From an uncultured Gemmatimonadales bacterium (GTDB lineage Bacteria > Gemmatimonadota > Gemmatimonadetes > Gemmatimonadales > GWC2-71-9): DNA of 64,000 nucleotides. The notes under the pieces are model-generated. The model ran no database searches, was not told the origin of the DNA, and saw only the letters and a program-made list of their open reading frames with translations. Shown one piece after another: positions 37,138 to 47,672 of this stretch; position 1 is the first letter of the stretch, and each line of letters begins with the position of its first letter. Where the stretch lies: the NCBI GenBank assembly GCA_963771275.1, contig CAVYSW010000009.1:224001-288000 (forward strand). The letters run 5' to 3'. Position numbers and translations under genes: made by a program.

Positions 37138-38366
37138 CCTGCCACACCGTTTTCGCCGCCGTGGCGCTCGCGACGGCGCTGTTCCAAGCCGCCTGCGCCG
37201 AGGATCCGCTCGACCGGCCACGCGCCCTCTACGCCGAGAACAAGCTCGCCGAGGCGTACCCGCTGTTCGCGGCCGTTGCGGCGAAGAGCCCGCGCGACGC
37301 GGACGCCCACGCCTGGCTGGCTGAGACGGCCCGGAGAACCGGCCGGTACCACGAAGCGGATGACGCGGCGCGCGCGGCCCTTGCGATCGACTCGTGCAAC
37401 GCCTTTGCCCTCACCGTGCTCGCCTACCTCTACCAGCCGATCTACAGCGGCTGGGAACCCGCGAGCGCCGACTCATCCTGGCACTACTACCGACGGGCGG
37501 TGACCTGCGACCCGGGGGACGGCAACGCGTGGGTGGGGCTGTGGATGGAAGCGTTGCGCCGCGGCGAGCAGGCGTGGGAGACACGGGCGCTCACGAGTCT
37601 GGACACGAGCGGGTTCCTCACGCCGCCGGTGCTCGCGTACAACCGGTGGGTGCTCCGGGAGCTCCCGCCGCGCGCCCTCCTGGTCACCAGCGGCGACTGG
37701 GACACGTACCCGGCGCTCGCGCTGCAGGTCGTGGAACGGCTCAGGCCGGACGTCGGCATCGCGAACCTCGCGCTGCTCAACCTGCCGTGGTACGTCCGGC
37801 TGGTGAGCGAGCGGTACGGCCTGCGGCCGTTCGCGGATTCGGTGCTCGACCGGCTGCAAGCGTCGGGGCACCTGGCGGACAGTGTCGTGCAGGTCTGGCG
37901 CACGTGGAGTCTCACCGGACACCTCGAGCGACCGCTCGCCGCGGCGACCACCGTGGGGTCGGCGTTGGAGCACGGGGGACCGGGAACGTTGCAGGACGCC
38001 GGCCCGTATCAGCTCCTCACATCCGACACCGCCGCGGCGGACACGTCCGCCATGCGGCGCGCGCTCACCGACGTCAAGGCCGGCGATTTCGCCGGGCCGG
38101 AGGTCAGTCCGGCCGACCGCAGCGCCATCCGCGTGAGCGCCGCCGGCCGCCACGCGCTCGCCACGGCCGTCGTGTGGACGGCGCTGCGCTACTCGGCGGC
38201 CATGCTCGACGCCGGGAACGGGGCCGAGGCCACACGCGCGCTCGACTGGGCCGACGCGTTCGTCAAGGACGCGGGCCTCGGCCAGGAGCAGCGCGAGATG
38301 GTGCAGCGCTGGAGGGCCCGCGCGGCCGGAGCGGCGGGCGACAGCGTGCCGGGGACCGGGCGCTAG
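37134..38366 (+). CDS. TPR-containing exported protein
   Basis: TTG start overlapping the CLC stop, signal peptide, TPR helices, T.GDWDTYP motif. Confidence 0.7.
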   Translation: MTCHTVFAAVALATALFQAACAEDPLDRPRALYAENKLAEAYPLFAAVAAKSPRDADAHAWLAETARRTGRYHEADDAARAALAIDSCNAFALTVLAYLYQPIYSGWEPASADSSWHYYRRAVTCDPGDGNAWVGLWMEALRRGEQAWETRALTSLDTSGFLTPPVLAYNRWVLRELPPRALLVTSGDWDTYPALALQVVERLRPDVGIANLALLNLPWYVRLVSERYGLRPFADSVLDRLQASGHLADSVVQVWRTWSLTGHLERPLAAATTVGSALEHGGPGTLQDAGPYQLLTSDTAAADTSAMRRALTDVKAGDFAGPEVSPADRSAIRVSAAGRHALATAVVWTALRYSAAMLDAGNGAEATRALDWADAFVKDAGLGQEQREMVQRWRARAAGAAGDSVPGTGR

Positions 38367-38384
38367 GAACACCCGCGGGGCGGA

Positions 38385-39171
38385 TCACCGGCCACGCTGG
38401 GCCGCGGGCCGGTGTGCGGCGAGTCGCCCCGGGTAGTCCGTCACGATCCCCGACACGCCGCGCGACCAGAGCCGGCCGGCCGCTGGTGCGTCGTTCACCG
38501 TCCAGACGTGGACGGGGCAGCCCGCCGCGTGGGCCATGCGGACCAGCCGCCGCGTCACCACCGGGAGGCCGTGCCACCGCTCCGGCACCGCGAGGAGATC
38601 GCAGACGCCGGCATCGAGCGGCAGGCCCACCAGCGCGGCCGCCCACAGCCGCGCCGTGTCTGCCCGCGTAGCCGCGCGCCTGAACGGCGGACGCGGAAAC
38701 GACTCCAGCGCAGCGCGATGAAACGACGCGACCACGCACCGGCCGATCGCGTCCCGCTCTTCCAGCAGCCGCCGCACCGTGGGGGCGGCGGCCGGCGTCT
38801 TCAGCTCCAGCAGCAGCGGCGTGGCCGGCAACGCATCGAGCACCTCGGCGAGCGTCGGGACGCGGAGCCCGCGGCCCCGCCACGGGAACGCGTGGCCGTC
38901 CGGCGTAAAGCGATGCCCGGCGTCCGCCTGCCGCACGATCTCAAGCGGGAGGCGCGCCACAGAACCCGCTCGGTCGGTGGTGCGGTCGAGCGCGGGATCG
39001 TGGAGTACCACGGGCACGCCGTCCGCGGTCACCCGGAGGTCGAGCTCCAGGCGCGTCGGCGCCCTGCGCGAGCGCCAGCTCGAATCCCGCGATGGTGTTC
39101 TCCGGCGCCTCGCCCGCCGCACCGCGATGCCCGATCACGAGCCGGCGCGCGGGATCGAGCAGTGGGTTCAC
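38385..39171 (-). pseudogene. Glycerophosphodiester phosphodiesterase, frameshifted
   Basis: IGHRGAAGEAPENT..AQGADA in one frame, LELDLRVT.DG..V.LHD..VHVWTVN..TDYP in another; extra C at about 39051. Confidence 0.85.
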
Positions 39172-40121
39172 GAGAGGGTGGGTCCCGGCAGCCTCACGGG
39201 CGGCAGCGCCGCCGCGATCGCGCCGCGCTCCGGCTCGAGCCATGGCGGCAGCACGAGCTGCTCGCCCAGGTGGGCCGGATCCTCGTCCACGGCGAATCCG
39301 GGGCCGTCGGTCGCGAGCTCGAACAGCACGCCGCCCGGCTCCCGGAAGTAGACCGACCGGAACCAGAACCGGTCGATCACGGGGGTCGGCTGGAGCCCCG
39401 CCGCCTGGACGCGCGCCCGCACCGTACGCTGCGTGGCCTCGTCCGCCACGCGGAAGGCGATGTGGTGCACCACCCCGGTACCCATGCGGCCGTGCGGCCC
39501 CTCCGGCGCCGCGCGCACGTCGAGCACCCTTCCCGACCCCCCGCTCTCCACTCCGTAGCGCCGCCAGCCGCCCTCATCCCCGAGCACGGTGAAGCCGAGC
39601 ACGTCCTGCAGCACGCCGGCGGTGTCGTCGAGTGCGTGCTCCAGCAGGCGGACGCCGTGCAGGCCCCGGATCTGGATCTCCGCCGGCACGGACCCCGCAT
39701 CCCACGGCGTGAAGTCGCGCGCGTCGGCCGTCTCAACGAGCGCGAGCGCCAACCCGTGCGGGTCCGTGAACGGCAGCGCCCGCTCGCCGAACCGCTCGAC
39801 GGCCGCCGCCGGCGTCCGGCCCGCGCGCTGCAGCCGATCGGTCCAGAGCTCCAGGGTACCGCGCGGCACCGCGAGCGCCACCTCGGTGGTGAGCCCCGTG
39901 CCCGCGCGGCCGCCGGGAAGGCGCGGCCACGGAAAGAACGTGAGGTCGCTCCCCGGGTGGCCCTCGGCGTCGGCGTAGAAGAAGTGATAGGTGCCGGGAT
40001 CGTCCTGATTGACGCTGCGCTTCACGAGCCGCATCCCCAGCACGCCGACGTAGAAGTCGAGATTCTGCTGGGGATCGGCGGCGATCGCCGTGACGTGGTG
40101 GATGCCGTGGACGTCGGTCAT
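39168..40121 (-). CDS. Ring-cleaving dioxygenase (glyoxalase/VOC, MhqA-like)
   Basis: GIHHVT, VKRSVNQDDP..YH, HHIAF, DRFWFRSVYFREPGG.LFELAT. Confidence 0.92.
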   Translation of the reverse strand: MTDVHGIHHVTAIAADPQQNLDFYVGVLGMRLVKRSVNQDDPGTYHFFYADAEGHPGSDLTFFPWPRLPGGRAGTGLTTEVALAVPRGTLELWTDRLQRAGRTPAAAVERFGERALPFTDPHGLALALVETADARDFTPWDAGSVPAEIQIRGLHGVRLLEHALDDTAGVLQDVLGFTVLGDEGGWRRYGVESGGSGRVLDVRAAPEGPHGRMGTGVVHHIAFRVADEATQRTVRARVQAAGLQPTPVIDRFWFRSVYFREPGGVLFELATDGPGFAVDEDPAHLGEQLVLPPWLEPERGAIAAALPPVRLPGPTLS

Positions 40122-40264
40122 ACCCGGAACGTACCGACGGCCGGGAGAATCGTACAGCGGGGTCCGGGCAGGCTGCGGTGTTCCGGCACGGTCTGCCGCG
40201 TTGCGGAACTCGGCCGGCCGAGCGTATGCTGCATCGTGGGACCGGCTGGAGCCTGGAGATCCTC

Positions 40265-40465
40265 ATGCCGGTCACGGCAAAGCTGTCGCGCAAGTTCTAC
40301 GACGCCCTGGGTGATGACGAGGCAAAGCTCGAGGCGAGGATCGGGAGCGTCGCCGCGGACCTGCATGCGGTCCTGGAACGCCGGCTCGCCAAGCAGACGC
40401 GGTGGTTCTTCGTGGCGTGGGCGAGCCTGCTCATCCCGATCGTCGGGTTGTGGTTCCGGGGGTAG
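40265..40465 (+). CDS. Small C-terminally anchored coiled-coil protein (DUF1640-like), probably internally shortened
   Basis: MPVTAKLSRKFYDALGDD..AKLE.RI..QTRWFFVAW; GGAG SD; 66 aa. Confidence 0.55.
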   Translation: MPVTAKLSRKFYDALGDDEAKLEARIGSVAADLHAVLERRLAKQTRWFFVAWASLLIPIVGLWFRG

Positions 40466-40562
40466 GCCGCCGGAGCCGCCGGCCGCGGCACCGATCCACG
40501 CGCGTCGACGCGCCGGGACGTTTCGAGGAACACCCCCGGCGGCCACCTGCCCGCCGTGCCGC

Positions 40563-41312
40563 CTACTGCATCGCCCGGATCCGGACCTCGATTCCCGCCT
40601 CGCCCTTGAGCAGCTTGACCAGCTCGTTCGTGTCGGTGGTGCCGTAGTGGTACGGATAGAGAATGCGTGGACGAAACGCCGTGGCCGCATCCGCCACCAT
40701 CGCCGGCGTCATCGTGTAGGGCAGGTTCATCGGCAGGAACGCGACGTCGATGTTCTCGAGCGCTTTCATCTCCGGTGTGTTCTCGGTGTCGCCGGCGATG
40801 TAGACCCGCTTGTCGCCGAAGGTGAGCACGTAGCCGTTGCCGTTCCCCTTCGGGTGATACGGCTCGCCGTTCGGCCGGCGGTGCGTCAGGTTGTAGGCGG
40901 GAACCGCCTCGATCCGGATGCCGGCCTCCGTGCGGCTGTCGCCGTTTGCCATGACGACCGCGCCCTCGAGTCTGCCGGCGCAGGAACGGGAGACGATGAC
41001 GCGCGTCTCACCCGTTCTGATCGCCGCGATCGCCGTGGGATCGAGATGGTCGCCGTGCTCGTGGGTGACGAGGATGAGGTCCGCCTTGGGCATCTTGCCG
41101 TAGTCCGCCTCGCGGCCGACCGGATCCACGTGGATCACCTTGCCGGCGAACCGGAACATCAGCGTGCCGTGCCCCACGAAGCCGATCGCGAGCGGGCCCG
41201 CGGCGGTCGGGATCGTATCTTCGGCCCACGGAGCCTGCGCGTGGGCGCCAGTGGTCATGCCGACCTCCAGCAGGACCGCGAGGAACGGAAGCAGCGCACA
41301 GAACCCATGCAT
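40563..41312 (-). CDS. MBL-fold metallo-hydrolase
   Basis: THEHGDHLD, AVPAYN, YIAGDTE, PYHY. Confidence 0.9.
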   Translation of the reverse strand: MHGFCALLPFLAVLLEVGMTTGAHAQAPWAEDTIPTAAGPLAIGFVGHGTLMFRFAGKVIHVDPVGREADYGKMPKADLILVTHEHGDHLDPTAIAAIRTGETRVIVSRSCAGRLEGAVVMANGDSRTEAGIRIEAVPAYNLTHRRPNGEPYHPKGNGNGYVLTFGDKRVYIAGDTENTPEMKALENIDVAFLPMNLPYTMTPAMVADAATAFRPRILYPYHYGTTDTNELVKLLKGEAGIEVRIRAMQ

Positions 41313-41326
41313 CGGTCACCACCAGA

Positions 41327-41402
41327 AATGTCCCATCCCAATATCCCATGGCCAATACCGGACTGGCAACCGTCATCGGCCATCGGCTATCGGCTATCGG
41401 CC
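41327..41402. repeat. Mixed heptamer tract H10
   Basis: AATGTCC..AATATCC-CATGGCC-AATACCG, then ATCGGCY x4 containing the kinase stop. Confidence 0.7.
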
Positions 41403-44074
41403 CGGCGGGTGCGCGCACGCAGCTCCGACTTCCAATCATGCACCATGATGACCGCGGCTCCCGCGTCCGCGCTCTTCACGTAGGCGAACCGCCCGCCCTG
41501 CGGAGCGACGTCGTAGTTGGCGTGAAAGCCGAACCCCTGCTCGATGCCGCTCAGGAGGGTGTCACGGGCCGTGACGGCGAACGAGGGTGCGAAGGTCAGC
41601 GACGCCGACATCAACCGCGCACCGTCGAGGTAGAACAGCCGCCTGCCGTCATGCGACCATACCGGCTGGTTGCCCGACTCCAGGGACACCTGATACCGCG
41701 CGTCGAGGGCGGGGAATGGCTTGACGTAGACCTGATAGGTCCCCAGCTCGTCCGACTGATAGGCCACCCACCGGCCGTCGGGCGAGAAGCGCGCGGCGGT
41801 CTGCTGCCCGTCGTTCGCGGCCGCGACGATGTGGGGGAGGGTGTCGCCCCGCAGCCCGCGCACCCAGGTCCGGCCACCCGTGCCCGTGGAATCCCGCTGG
41901 AACAGCAGGTAGGCACCGTCGGCGGAGATCACGCCCTCGTACACGCCCGCGTCCGCCGCCCGGAAGAATTCCCGCGCCGGACGGTTCCCGTCGACCGGCT
42001 GCGTCCACAGCGCGTAGCCGCCGCCCCGATCGGACCGGAACAGCACACTGCGGCTGTCAGGCGTCCATTCGGGCCGGTCATTGACGGACCCCTCGGCGGT
42101 GAGGCGTCGCAGCGGGCCGGATGGGAGGTCCAGGATCCAGATGTCGGCCGACGTCGCGCCGCTGAGGGTTACCGCCAGGTGCCGACCGTCGGGAGAAAAC
42201 CGCGGGTACGAGGGACGCTGGTCTCCCGGGATGAGCGTTTGCCCCTGGCCCGAAGAGCCGGCGAGGACCAGCGGTTGCTGCTCGCTGCCCTGGGCCACAT
42301 ACACCAGCGATCCACTCGGGGACAGGGCGCCCTTGAACACTCCGCCCCCGCCGACGTACACGCCGCTGGCGACGGGAAGCGGCGTCCCGACAACACGCTG
42401 GTGGCGGGCATCGAACCCGACCGCCATGATCGCGCCGGACGCGCTCGCGTACACCAGTTGATCGTCCAGCACCGCCAGGGGGTGGGTGCCGACCAGGTCG
42501 AGCACGTGGGTCGTTCCCCCGGCCAGCGCACCGACCGCGATGCGGGCACCCGCGACCCCCGCCCGCGGCCAGCTCGTGTACAACACCGTTTTCCCGTCGG
42601 GGAGCACCAGCGGCCAGAACTGCAGCAGCTCGCCCCCTGCGGTGTCGATCGATCCCACCACGCGGGGCTCGCCGCCGTTCGCGGGGAGCACCGCCAGCCG
42701 GCCCTGCGCGCTGACCACGATTTGGTCGGCGGTCGCCCAGCTGGCTCCCTGCAGCAGCGGCAGCGACGCCAACGCTAACGGCGTGCCACCTTGCACCGGC
42801 ACCTTCATGAGCTGGGCACCGTTGTAGTAGCCGATCCACCGCCCGTCCGGAGAAAAGAACGGCTGCATCGCGCGATCCGTGCCGGGGAGCGCGTGCGCGG
42901 CAAGCTCGGCCAGGGACCGGACATACAGCTGCCGGTTCCCGCCACCGGCGATGCCGATGTACGCCAGTAGCGTTCCGTCGGGCGACAGGGCGAAGGGGGA
43001 TCCGACGGGGTCCACCCAACGTTCGTTCGCCGCGAAGTTGAGCACAAACCGCACGGGGGTGCGTGCGTCCTCGCGGTGCGGGACCATCCACGACACCGCG
43101 GCGGCGCCGAGCCCCGCTACCGCCAGCGCCGCAAACAGCAGCGTGACGGGGTGACGCAGCGCCTCGGGCCACGGTGCGCGGCGGGCTCGCCCGGGAAAAC
43201 CCCGGCGGGCGGGGCGCGCGGCTCCGGCAGGCGCCGTCGCGTCGGCGTGCAGGGCGTCGGCAAACTCCTGGGCGCTCGCGAAGCGGTCGGCGGGTAGCTT
43301 CTCCAGCGCTCTGAAGACCGCGGCCTCGATATGGGGCGCGACGGTGTGCCGCTGAACCGTGAGGCCGCGGGGCTCGTCCGTGAGCACCTGCGCGATGATG
43401 GCCTGCGCGGTGGGCCCGTTGAACGGCGGCTGGCCCACCAGCATCTCGTAGACCACGCAGCCCAAGGCATACACGTCCGCCTTGCCCGTGACGTCCCGCT
43501 CGCCCATCGCCTGTTCGGGCGCCATGTAGGCGGGGGTGCCGAGGCTCAAGCCTGTCTCGGTGAGCCGGGTGGCGCCGTCGGTGCGGCTCGCCGCCAGGGC
43601 AATGCCGAAGTCGGCCACCACCGCCCGGCCCTCGTGCAGCAGGATATTCTCGGGCTTGATGTCCCGGTGCACCACGCCGTGCCGGTGCGCGTAGTCGAGT
43701 GCGCTCGCCACCTCCGTGGCGATCCGCACCGTCTCGTCGATCGGCAGCTGCTTCTCGCGCAGCAGCCGGTCGCGCAGCGACTCGCCCTCGACGTACGGCA
43801 TCACATAATAGACGAGGCCTTCCACCTCGCCGGAGTCGTGCAGCGGCAGGATGTGCGGGTGCTGGAGGTTGGCGGTGGTCTTGATCTCCTTGAGGAACCG
43901 TTCCGCGCCGAGGATGGCAGCCAGCTCGGCGCGCAGCACCTTGAGGGCCACGCGGCGGTCATGGCGCAGGTCGTAGCCGAGGTACACGACCGCCATGCCC
44001 CCCTGGCCAAGCTCCCGCTCGACACGGTAGCGGCCGGCGAGGGCGGACGAGAGGAGATCCAGGTAGTCGGGCAT
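41387..44074 (-). CDS. Ser/Thr kinase with TolB/PD40 propeller
   Basis: LGQGGMA, HRDIKPEN, DFG, YMAPE; SPDG repeats. Confidence 0.92.
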   Translation of the reverse strand: MPDYLDLLSSALAGRYRVERELGQGGMAVVYLGYDLRHDRRVALKVLRAELAAILGAERFLKEIKTTANLQHPHILPLHDSGEVEGLVYYVMPYVEGESLRDRLLREKQLPIDETVRIATEVASALDYAHRHGVVHRDIKPENILLHEGRAVVADFGIALAASRTDGATRLTETGLSLGTPAYMAPEQAMGERDVTGKADVYALGCVVYEMLVGQPPFNGPTAQAIIAQVLTDEPRGLTVQRHTVAPHIEAAVFRALEKLPADRFASAQEFADALHADATAPAGAARPARRGFPGRARRAPWPEALRHPVTLLFAALAVAGLGAAAVSWMVPHREDARTPVRFVLNFAANERWVDPVGSPFALSPDGTLLAYIGIAGGGNRQLYVRSLAELAAHALPGTDRAMQPFFSPDGRWIGYYNGAQLMKVPVQGGTPLALASLPLLQGASWATADQIVVSAQGRLAVLPANGGEPRVVGSIDTAGGELLQFWPLVLPDGKTVLYTSWPRAGVAGARIAVGALAGGTTHVLDLVGTHPLAVLDDQLVYASASGAIMAVGFDARHQRVVGTPLPVASGVYVGGGGVFKGALSPSGSLVYVAQGSEQQPLVLAGSSGQGQTLIPGDQRPSYPRFSPDGRHLAVTLSGATSADIWILDLPSGPLRRLTAEGSVNDRPEWTPDSRSVLFRSDRGGGYALWTQPVDGNRPAREFFRAADAGVYEGVISADGAYLLFQRDSTGTGGRTWVRGLRGDTLPHIVAAANDGQQTAARFSPDGRWVAYQSDELGTYQVYVKPFPALDARYQVSLESGNQPVWSHDGRRLFYLDGARLMSASLTFAPSFAVTARDTLLSGIEQGFGFHANYDVAPQGGRFAYVKSADAGAAVIMVHDWKSELRARTRRADSR

Positions 44075-44234
44075 GGGCGAGCACGTAAGATGCAATGGAC
44101 CGGGCGCCCCAGCCAGTCGGCGCGTGGGGCGTGCGGCTCAACCCTCACGCGGCCGTTACCGTCCTGTCATCCGGGCGACACGCCAGCCTCACCTTGGTTT
44201 CCCATGTTCGGGATGGCCACAGCGAGGAGCGCCC

Positions 44235-44696
44235 GTGCGCACGATCGCCGGGTCTAACCGGCAGGGTCTCCAACGGGACGTGAACGTCGTCCCGATGATC
44301 GACATTCTCCTGGTCCTGCTGGTCATCTTCATGCTGCTCCAGGAAGGTCGGAAGGTGATCCACCTGCAGCTTCCCCCTGTCTCGCGGGCTGGGATTCCAG
44401 GGCCACAGGTCCCCCCGCAGATCGTCCTCGAGCTCCGCGGGGACGGGTCATACGCCATCAATGGGTCGCTGGTCGCCAAAGCCGTGCTCGGCCGCCGGCT
44501 GCGCGAGCTCTACCTCGAGCGGCCCGTCAAGCTGCTGTTCGTGCAGGCGGCGCCGGGGCGGCGCTTCGAGGACGTGGTCGAGGCCGCGGATATCGCGAAG
44601 GGCGCGGGCGTCCAGGTGATCGGGCTGGTCCCGCGAGCCGACCACGGTCCGGCCGGAGCCGACAGTCGCGCCCTCACCGCGCGACGTAGACCGTGA
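44235..44696 (+). CDS. ExbD/TolR family protein (orphan)
   Basis: NVVPMIDILLVLLVIFM; GAGGAG SD before GTG 44235. Confidence 0.85.
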   Translation: MRTIAGSNRQGLQRDVNVVPMIDILLVLLVIFMLLQEGRKVIHLQLPPVSRAGIPGPQVPPQIVLELRGDGSYAINGSLVAKAVLGRRLRELYLERPVKLLFVQAAPGRRFEDVVEAADIAKGAGVQVIGLVPRADHGPAGADSRALTARRRP

Positions 44697-46575
44697 CGTG
44701 TGACGGCGCGGCCGCCGTGCGGTAGATGCGCTGCGTCGCCTTCACGTAGTCCTCCGCGCGGGCCTGGAAGATGTTGGGCACAAACGTCTGCGGGTTGCGG
44801 TCGATGACGGGGAACCAGGAACTCTGCACCTGCACCATGACGCGGTGGCCCGCGCGGAAGGTGTAGTCCTGGGTGTGCAGGTCGATGACGTAGGCCACCA
44901 CCCGGTTCGCGGGAATGGGCGCCGGCTTCTCGTAGCTGTCCCGGTAGCGGCCGCGGAACACCTCGTTGGCCACCATCAGTTGGTATCCGGCCAGACCCCA
45001 CTCCTGAGGGTAGTCCTCGGGATACACGTCGATGAGCTTGACCACCCAATCGGCATCGGTACCGGTGGTGCTGGCGAACAGGTGCGCCTCCAGCCTGCCG
45101 GCGATGGTCAGGTCCTCGGTGAGGGGTGCGCTCTCCCAGCTCAGCACGTCGGCCCGGTCATCCACGAAGCGCTGGTCCTCCAGCAGCCAGGTGTACCACT
45201 GCGAGCCGCCCGGGAAGTAGGTGGCCTGGATGGGCCGGCGGCGATACGGCACCGGGTGCGCCGGGTCGGACACATAGGCGTCATACGCCACCGTGTCGTC
45301 CGTCGCGGGCGGGTCGAACGACAGCTCCTCGTTGGCGCCAAAGTACAGGTTCCGCGCGGTGGTTTCCGCGCGGGGCGGCCAGGCGCTCCAGCGCCGCCAG
45401 CGGTTGCTGCCCGCCTCGAAGGTGAGCGCTTCCTCGACCGGTGGCCCTCCCGTGTCCTTGAGATAGTAGGCGAAGAACGGCGCCTGCACCCGGGCGCGGA
45501 AATACTCCCCGGTGGGGCTGCCGAAGGCGATCGGTCCCAGCGCGCTTCCCTCGCGATTCCACCCGCCGTGGTTCCACGGGCCGACCACGAGGAAGTTCAG
45601 GTGCTTGGTGTCCCGCAGCTCGAGCGTGTCGTAGATGGCGATGGGGCCGTAGAAATCCTCCTGATCCCACCAGCCTGCCACGTTGAGCGTGGGAACGGTG
45701 GGGGTCTTCAGGTAGCGCACGATGGTCTGGCGCTGCCAGAACGCGTCGTAGTCGGGATGCGCCACGTAGTCATTCCAGGTGGGGATCTGGCCGTGCAGGT
45801 GCCGCGCGTTGACATTGGCCAGCGGCCCCAACGAGAGGTACCAGTCGTAGGTGTCGTAGCGGTCGAAGGAGAAGTTCGTGCTGACGCTCGACGTTTCCAT
45901 CCTGGCGGCGTACTCGAAGCCGTAGCTCAGTCGGAAGGCACCGTTGTGATGGAAGTCATCCCCCAGCCACATATCGGCGGGCGAGGCCTGGGGCGAGGCC
46001 GCGCGCAACGCCGGGTGCGGATCGATCAGCGCCATGGCGGTGGTCCAGCCGTCGTAGGACACGCCCAGGATGCCTACCCGCCCGTTGTTGTTCGGCACGT
46101 TGCGGACGAGCCACTCGATGGTGTCGTAGGCGTCGGTGCTCTCGTCGGCGGCCCCGTGCTCCCAGGTGTGGACTGGCGGCCGCTGCATCACGAATGAGCC
46201 CTCCGAGCCGTATCGGCCGCGGATATCCTGGAACGCAAAGATGAACCCCTCGTCCGCCAGCTCCTTGTAGGACGAGCGGAACGCGCCGGCGGCGTCCATG
46301 ACGCCGTAGGGGGTGCGCCGGAACAGGATGGGGAGCGGCCCGGACTGGTCGCGCGGCGCGTAGATCAGCGTGTGCAGTCGCACGCCGTCACGCATGGGGA
46401 TCATCACCTCGCGGGACTCGAACCGGGAATCCTGCGCCGGCTGCTGCGCCCCGCCGATCGCGGGCGGCAGCGAAAGAACCAGCGCCGCGACCGCCCGCAC
46501 AACGCGGTGGGCCGCGCGAGCGGGCGGCCGATCCGGGGGTAGGGAGAATCCGGCGGAACGATGTCCGGCGCGCAT
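44674..46575 (-). CDS. CocE/NonD (S15) hydrolase
   Basis: MRDGVRL, RTPY, QDIRGRYGSEG, GVSYDG, GWWDQED, GPWNHG; start uncertain. Confidence 0.9.
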   Translation of the reverse strand: MRAGHRSAGFSLPPDRPPARAAHRVVRAVAALVLSLPPAIGGAQQPAQDSRFESREVMIPMRDGVRLHTLIYAPRDQSGPLPILFRRTPYGVMDAAGAFRSSYKELADEGFIFAFQDIRGRYGSEGSFVMQRPPVHTWEHGAADESTDAYDTIEWLVRNVPNNNGRVGILGVSYDGWTTAMALIDPHPALRAASPQASPADMWLGDDFHHNGAFRLSYGFEYAARMETSSVSTNFSFDRYDTYDWYLSLGPLANVNARHLHGQIPTWNDYVAHPDYDAFWQRQTIVRYLKTPTVPTLNVAGWWDQEDFYGPIAIYDTLELRDTKHLNFLVVGPWNHGGWNREGSALGPIAFGSPTGEYFRARVQAPFFAYYLKDTGGPPVEEALTFEAGSNRWRRWSAWPPRAETTARNLYFGANEELSFDPPATDDTVAYDAYVSDPAHPVPYRRRPIQATYFPGGSQWYTWLLEDQRFVDDRADVLSWESAPLTEDLTIAGRLEAHLFASTTGTDADWVVKLIDVYPEDYPQEWGLAGYQLMVANEVFRGRYRDSYEKPAPIPANRVVAYVIDLHTQDYTFRAGHRVMVQVQSSWFPVIDRNPQTFVPNIFQARAEDYVKATQRIYRTAAAPSHVTVYVAR

Positions 46576-46729
46576 GGGGTTCGCTCCCGAGCTGGCGGTG
46601 ACGCCTCGACCGGAACGGCTCCGGTCGCTCACGCGCGAAATTACCGCGATGGTGGCGCGGCGGGAATCACGCGGACTCGCCCAGCAGAGTTGGGCCGCTC
46701 GACCCGGCGCTGTCCGGCCCGGAGCGCCC

Positions 46730-47434
46730 TCACTGCTTCGTCACCGCCAACCCCGTGACCAGCCCCTCCGTGTTATGGGCAAACCGGATCCCGTACACGC
46801 CGTCGGTGGACTTGAGCTTGCCGGCGGTCACCAGGGCGGCCTTGTCGTAGCTTCCCACGACGGTGCCGTTGATCGCGCACTCGACCTTGTCCCCCTTGAC
46901 CGAGACCGCGATCTCCTGGGTCACGGGCTCGCCCTGCCCGGCGGCTTTGTGGACCGCCGCGTTCGGCTCGGCGCGCCGCCCGTTCACCTGGAACGGCTCC
47001 GGGCCGAAACCGCGCACGATGAAGCTCCCGTTACCGTACGCGGCGCAGTAGAGGTAGCTCTGCTGATCCGTGCCCAGATCGTTCCCGCCGATCACGATGC
47101 CGTACGGATGGGGATGGTCGTTCAGGCTCATGTACTTGGGCTCGCGGAACGTCGCCTTGACCGTGTAGTTGCCGCTCGCCGTGTTGGCCGGATTCCAGTA
47201 GGTCACGGCGGGACCGGTGGTGACGTGGAGGGCGTCGCCCTCCTTGGCGAGCTTGGCGTCGCTCAGCGTCTGGCCCTGACCGGCCTCCCGGGCGTCGATC
47301 TTGCCCTGCCAGCCCGCCACGGAGATCCCGCCGCCCGCGACGGAGCGGGACGCTTCGGCTTGTTGGGCTGGGGCGGGCCGCGGCGCGAGCAGGATGGCGG
47401 TGGCGACGAGCGCGGAACCGTACGTACGGCGCAT
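46730..47434 (-). CDS. Hypothetical secreted protein
   Basis: Signal peptide ..PAPA-QQ; beta-rich; strong coding bias. Confidence 0.7.
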   Translation of the reverse strand: MRRTYGSALVATAILLAPRPAPAQQAEASRSVAGGGISVAGWQGKIDAREAGQGQTLSDAKLAKEGDALHVTTGPAVTYWNPANTASGNYTVKATFREPKYMSLNDHPHPYGIVIGGNDLGTDQQSYLYCAAYGNGSFIVRGFGPEPFQVNGRRAEPNAAVHKAAGQGEPVTQEIAVSVKGDKVECAINGTVVGSYDKAALVTAGKLKSTDGVYGIRFAHNTEGLVTGLAVTKQ

Positions 47435-47485
47435 GGGGGACCTCGCATTGTGGGGGGTGGCTGGATTACCCAACAATAGCCGCGT

Positions 47486-47596
47486 CTACCCCGCGCCGCG
47501 ATCCGGGGTCCGGAAGGCGCCGCCCACCGACGCCGACCGCCCGGTCTTCGCGCATGCCGCGAGCGCGACGCACAGCAACACGACACCGTACCGCAT
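47486..47596 (-). pseudogene. 36-aa lipoprotein stub
   Basis: MRYGVVLLCVALAAC-AKTG...*: lipobox LAAC followed by an early stop. Confidence 0.4.
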
Positions 47597-47672
47597 GCGA
47601 TGCCCCCCGATTCGGATTGCACCAAGGTATCGCCGGGCGGGCCGGGGGACGACCGTCACCGGGCCGGCGGCG

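Noticed and set aside
30633..44074. Similarity between kinase N-termini as a mobile repeat
   Set aside because: Ordinary paralogy of Ser/Thr kinase domains.
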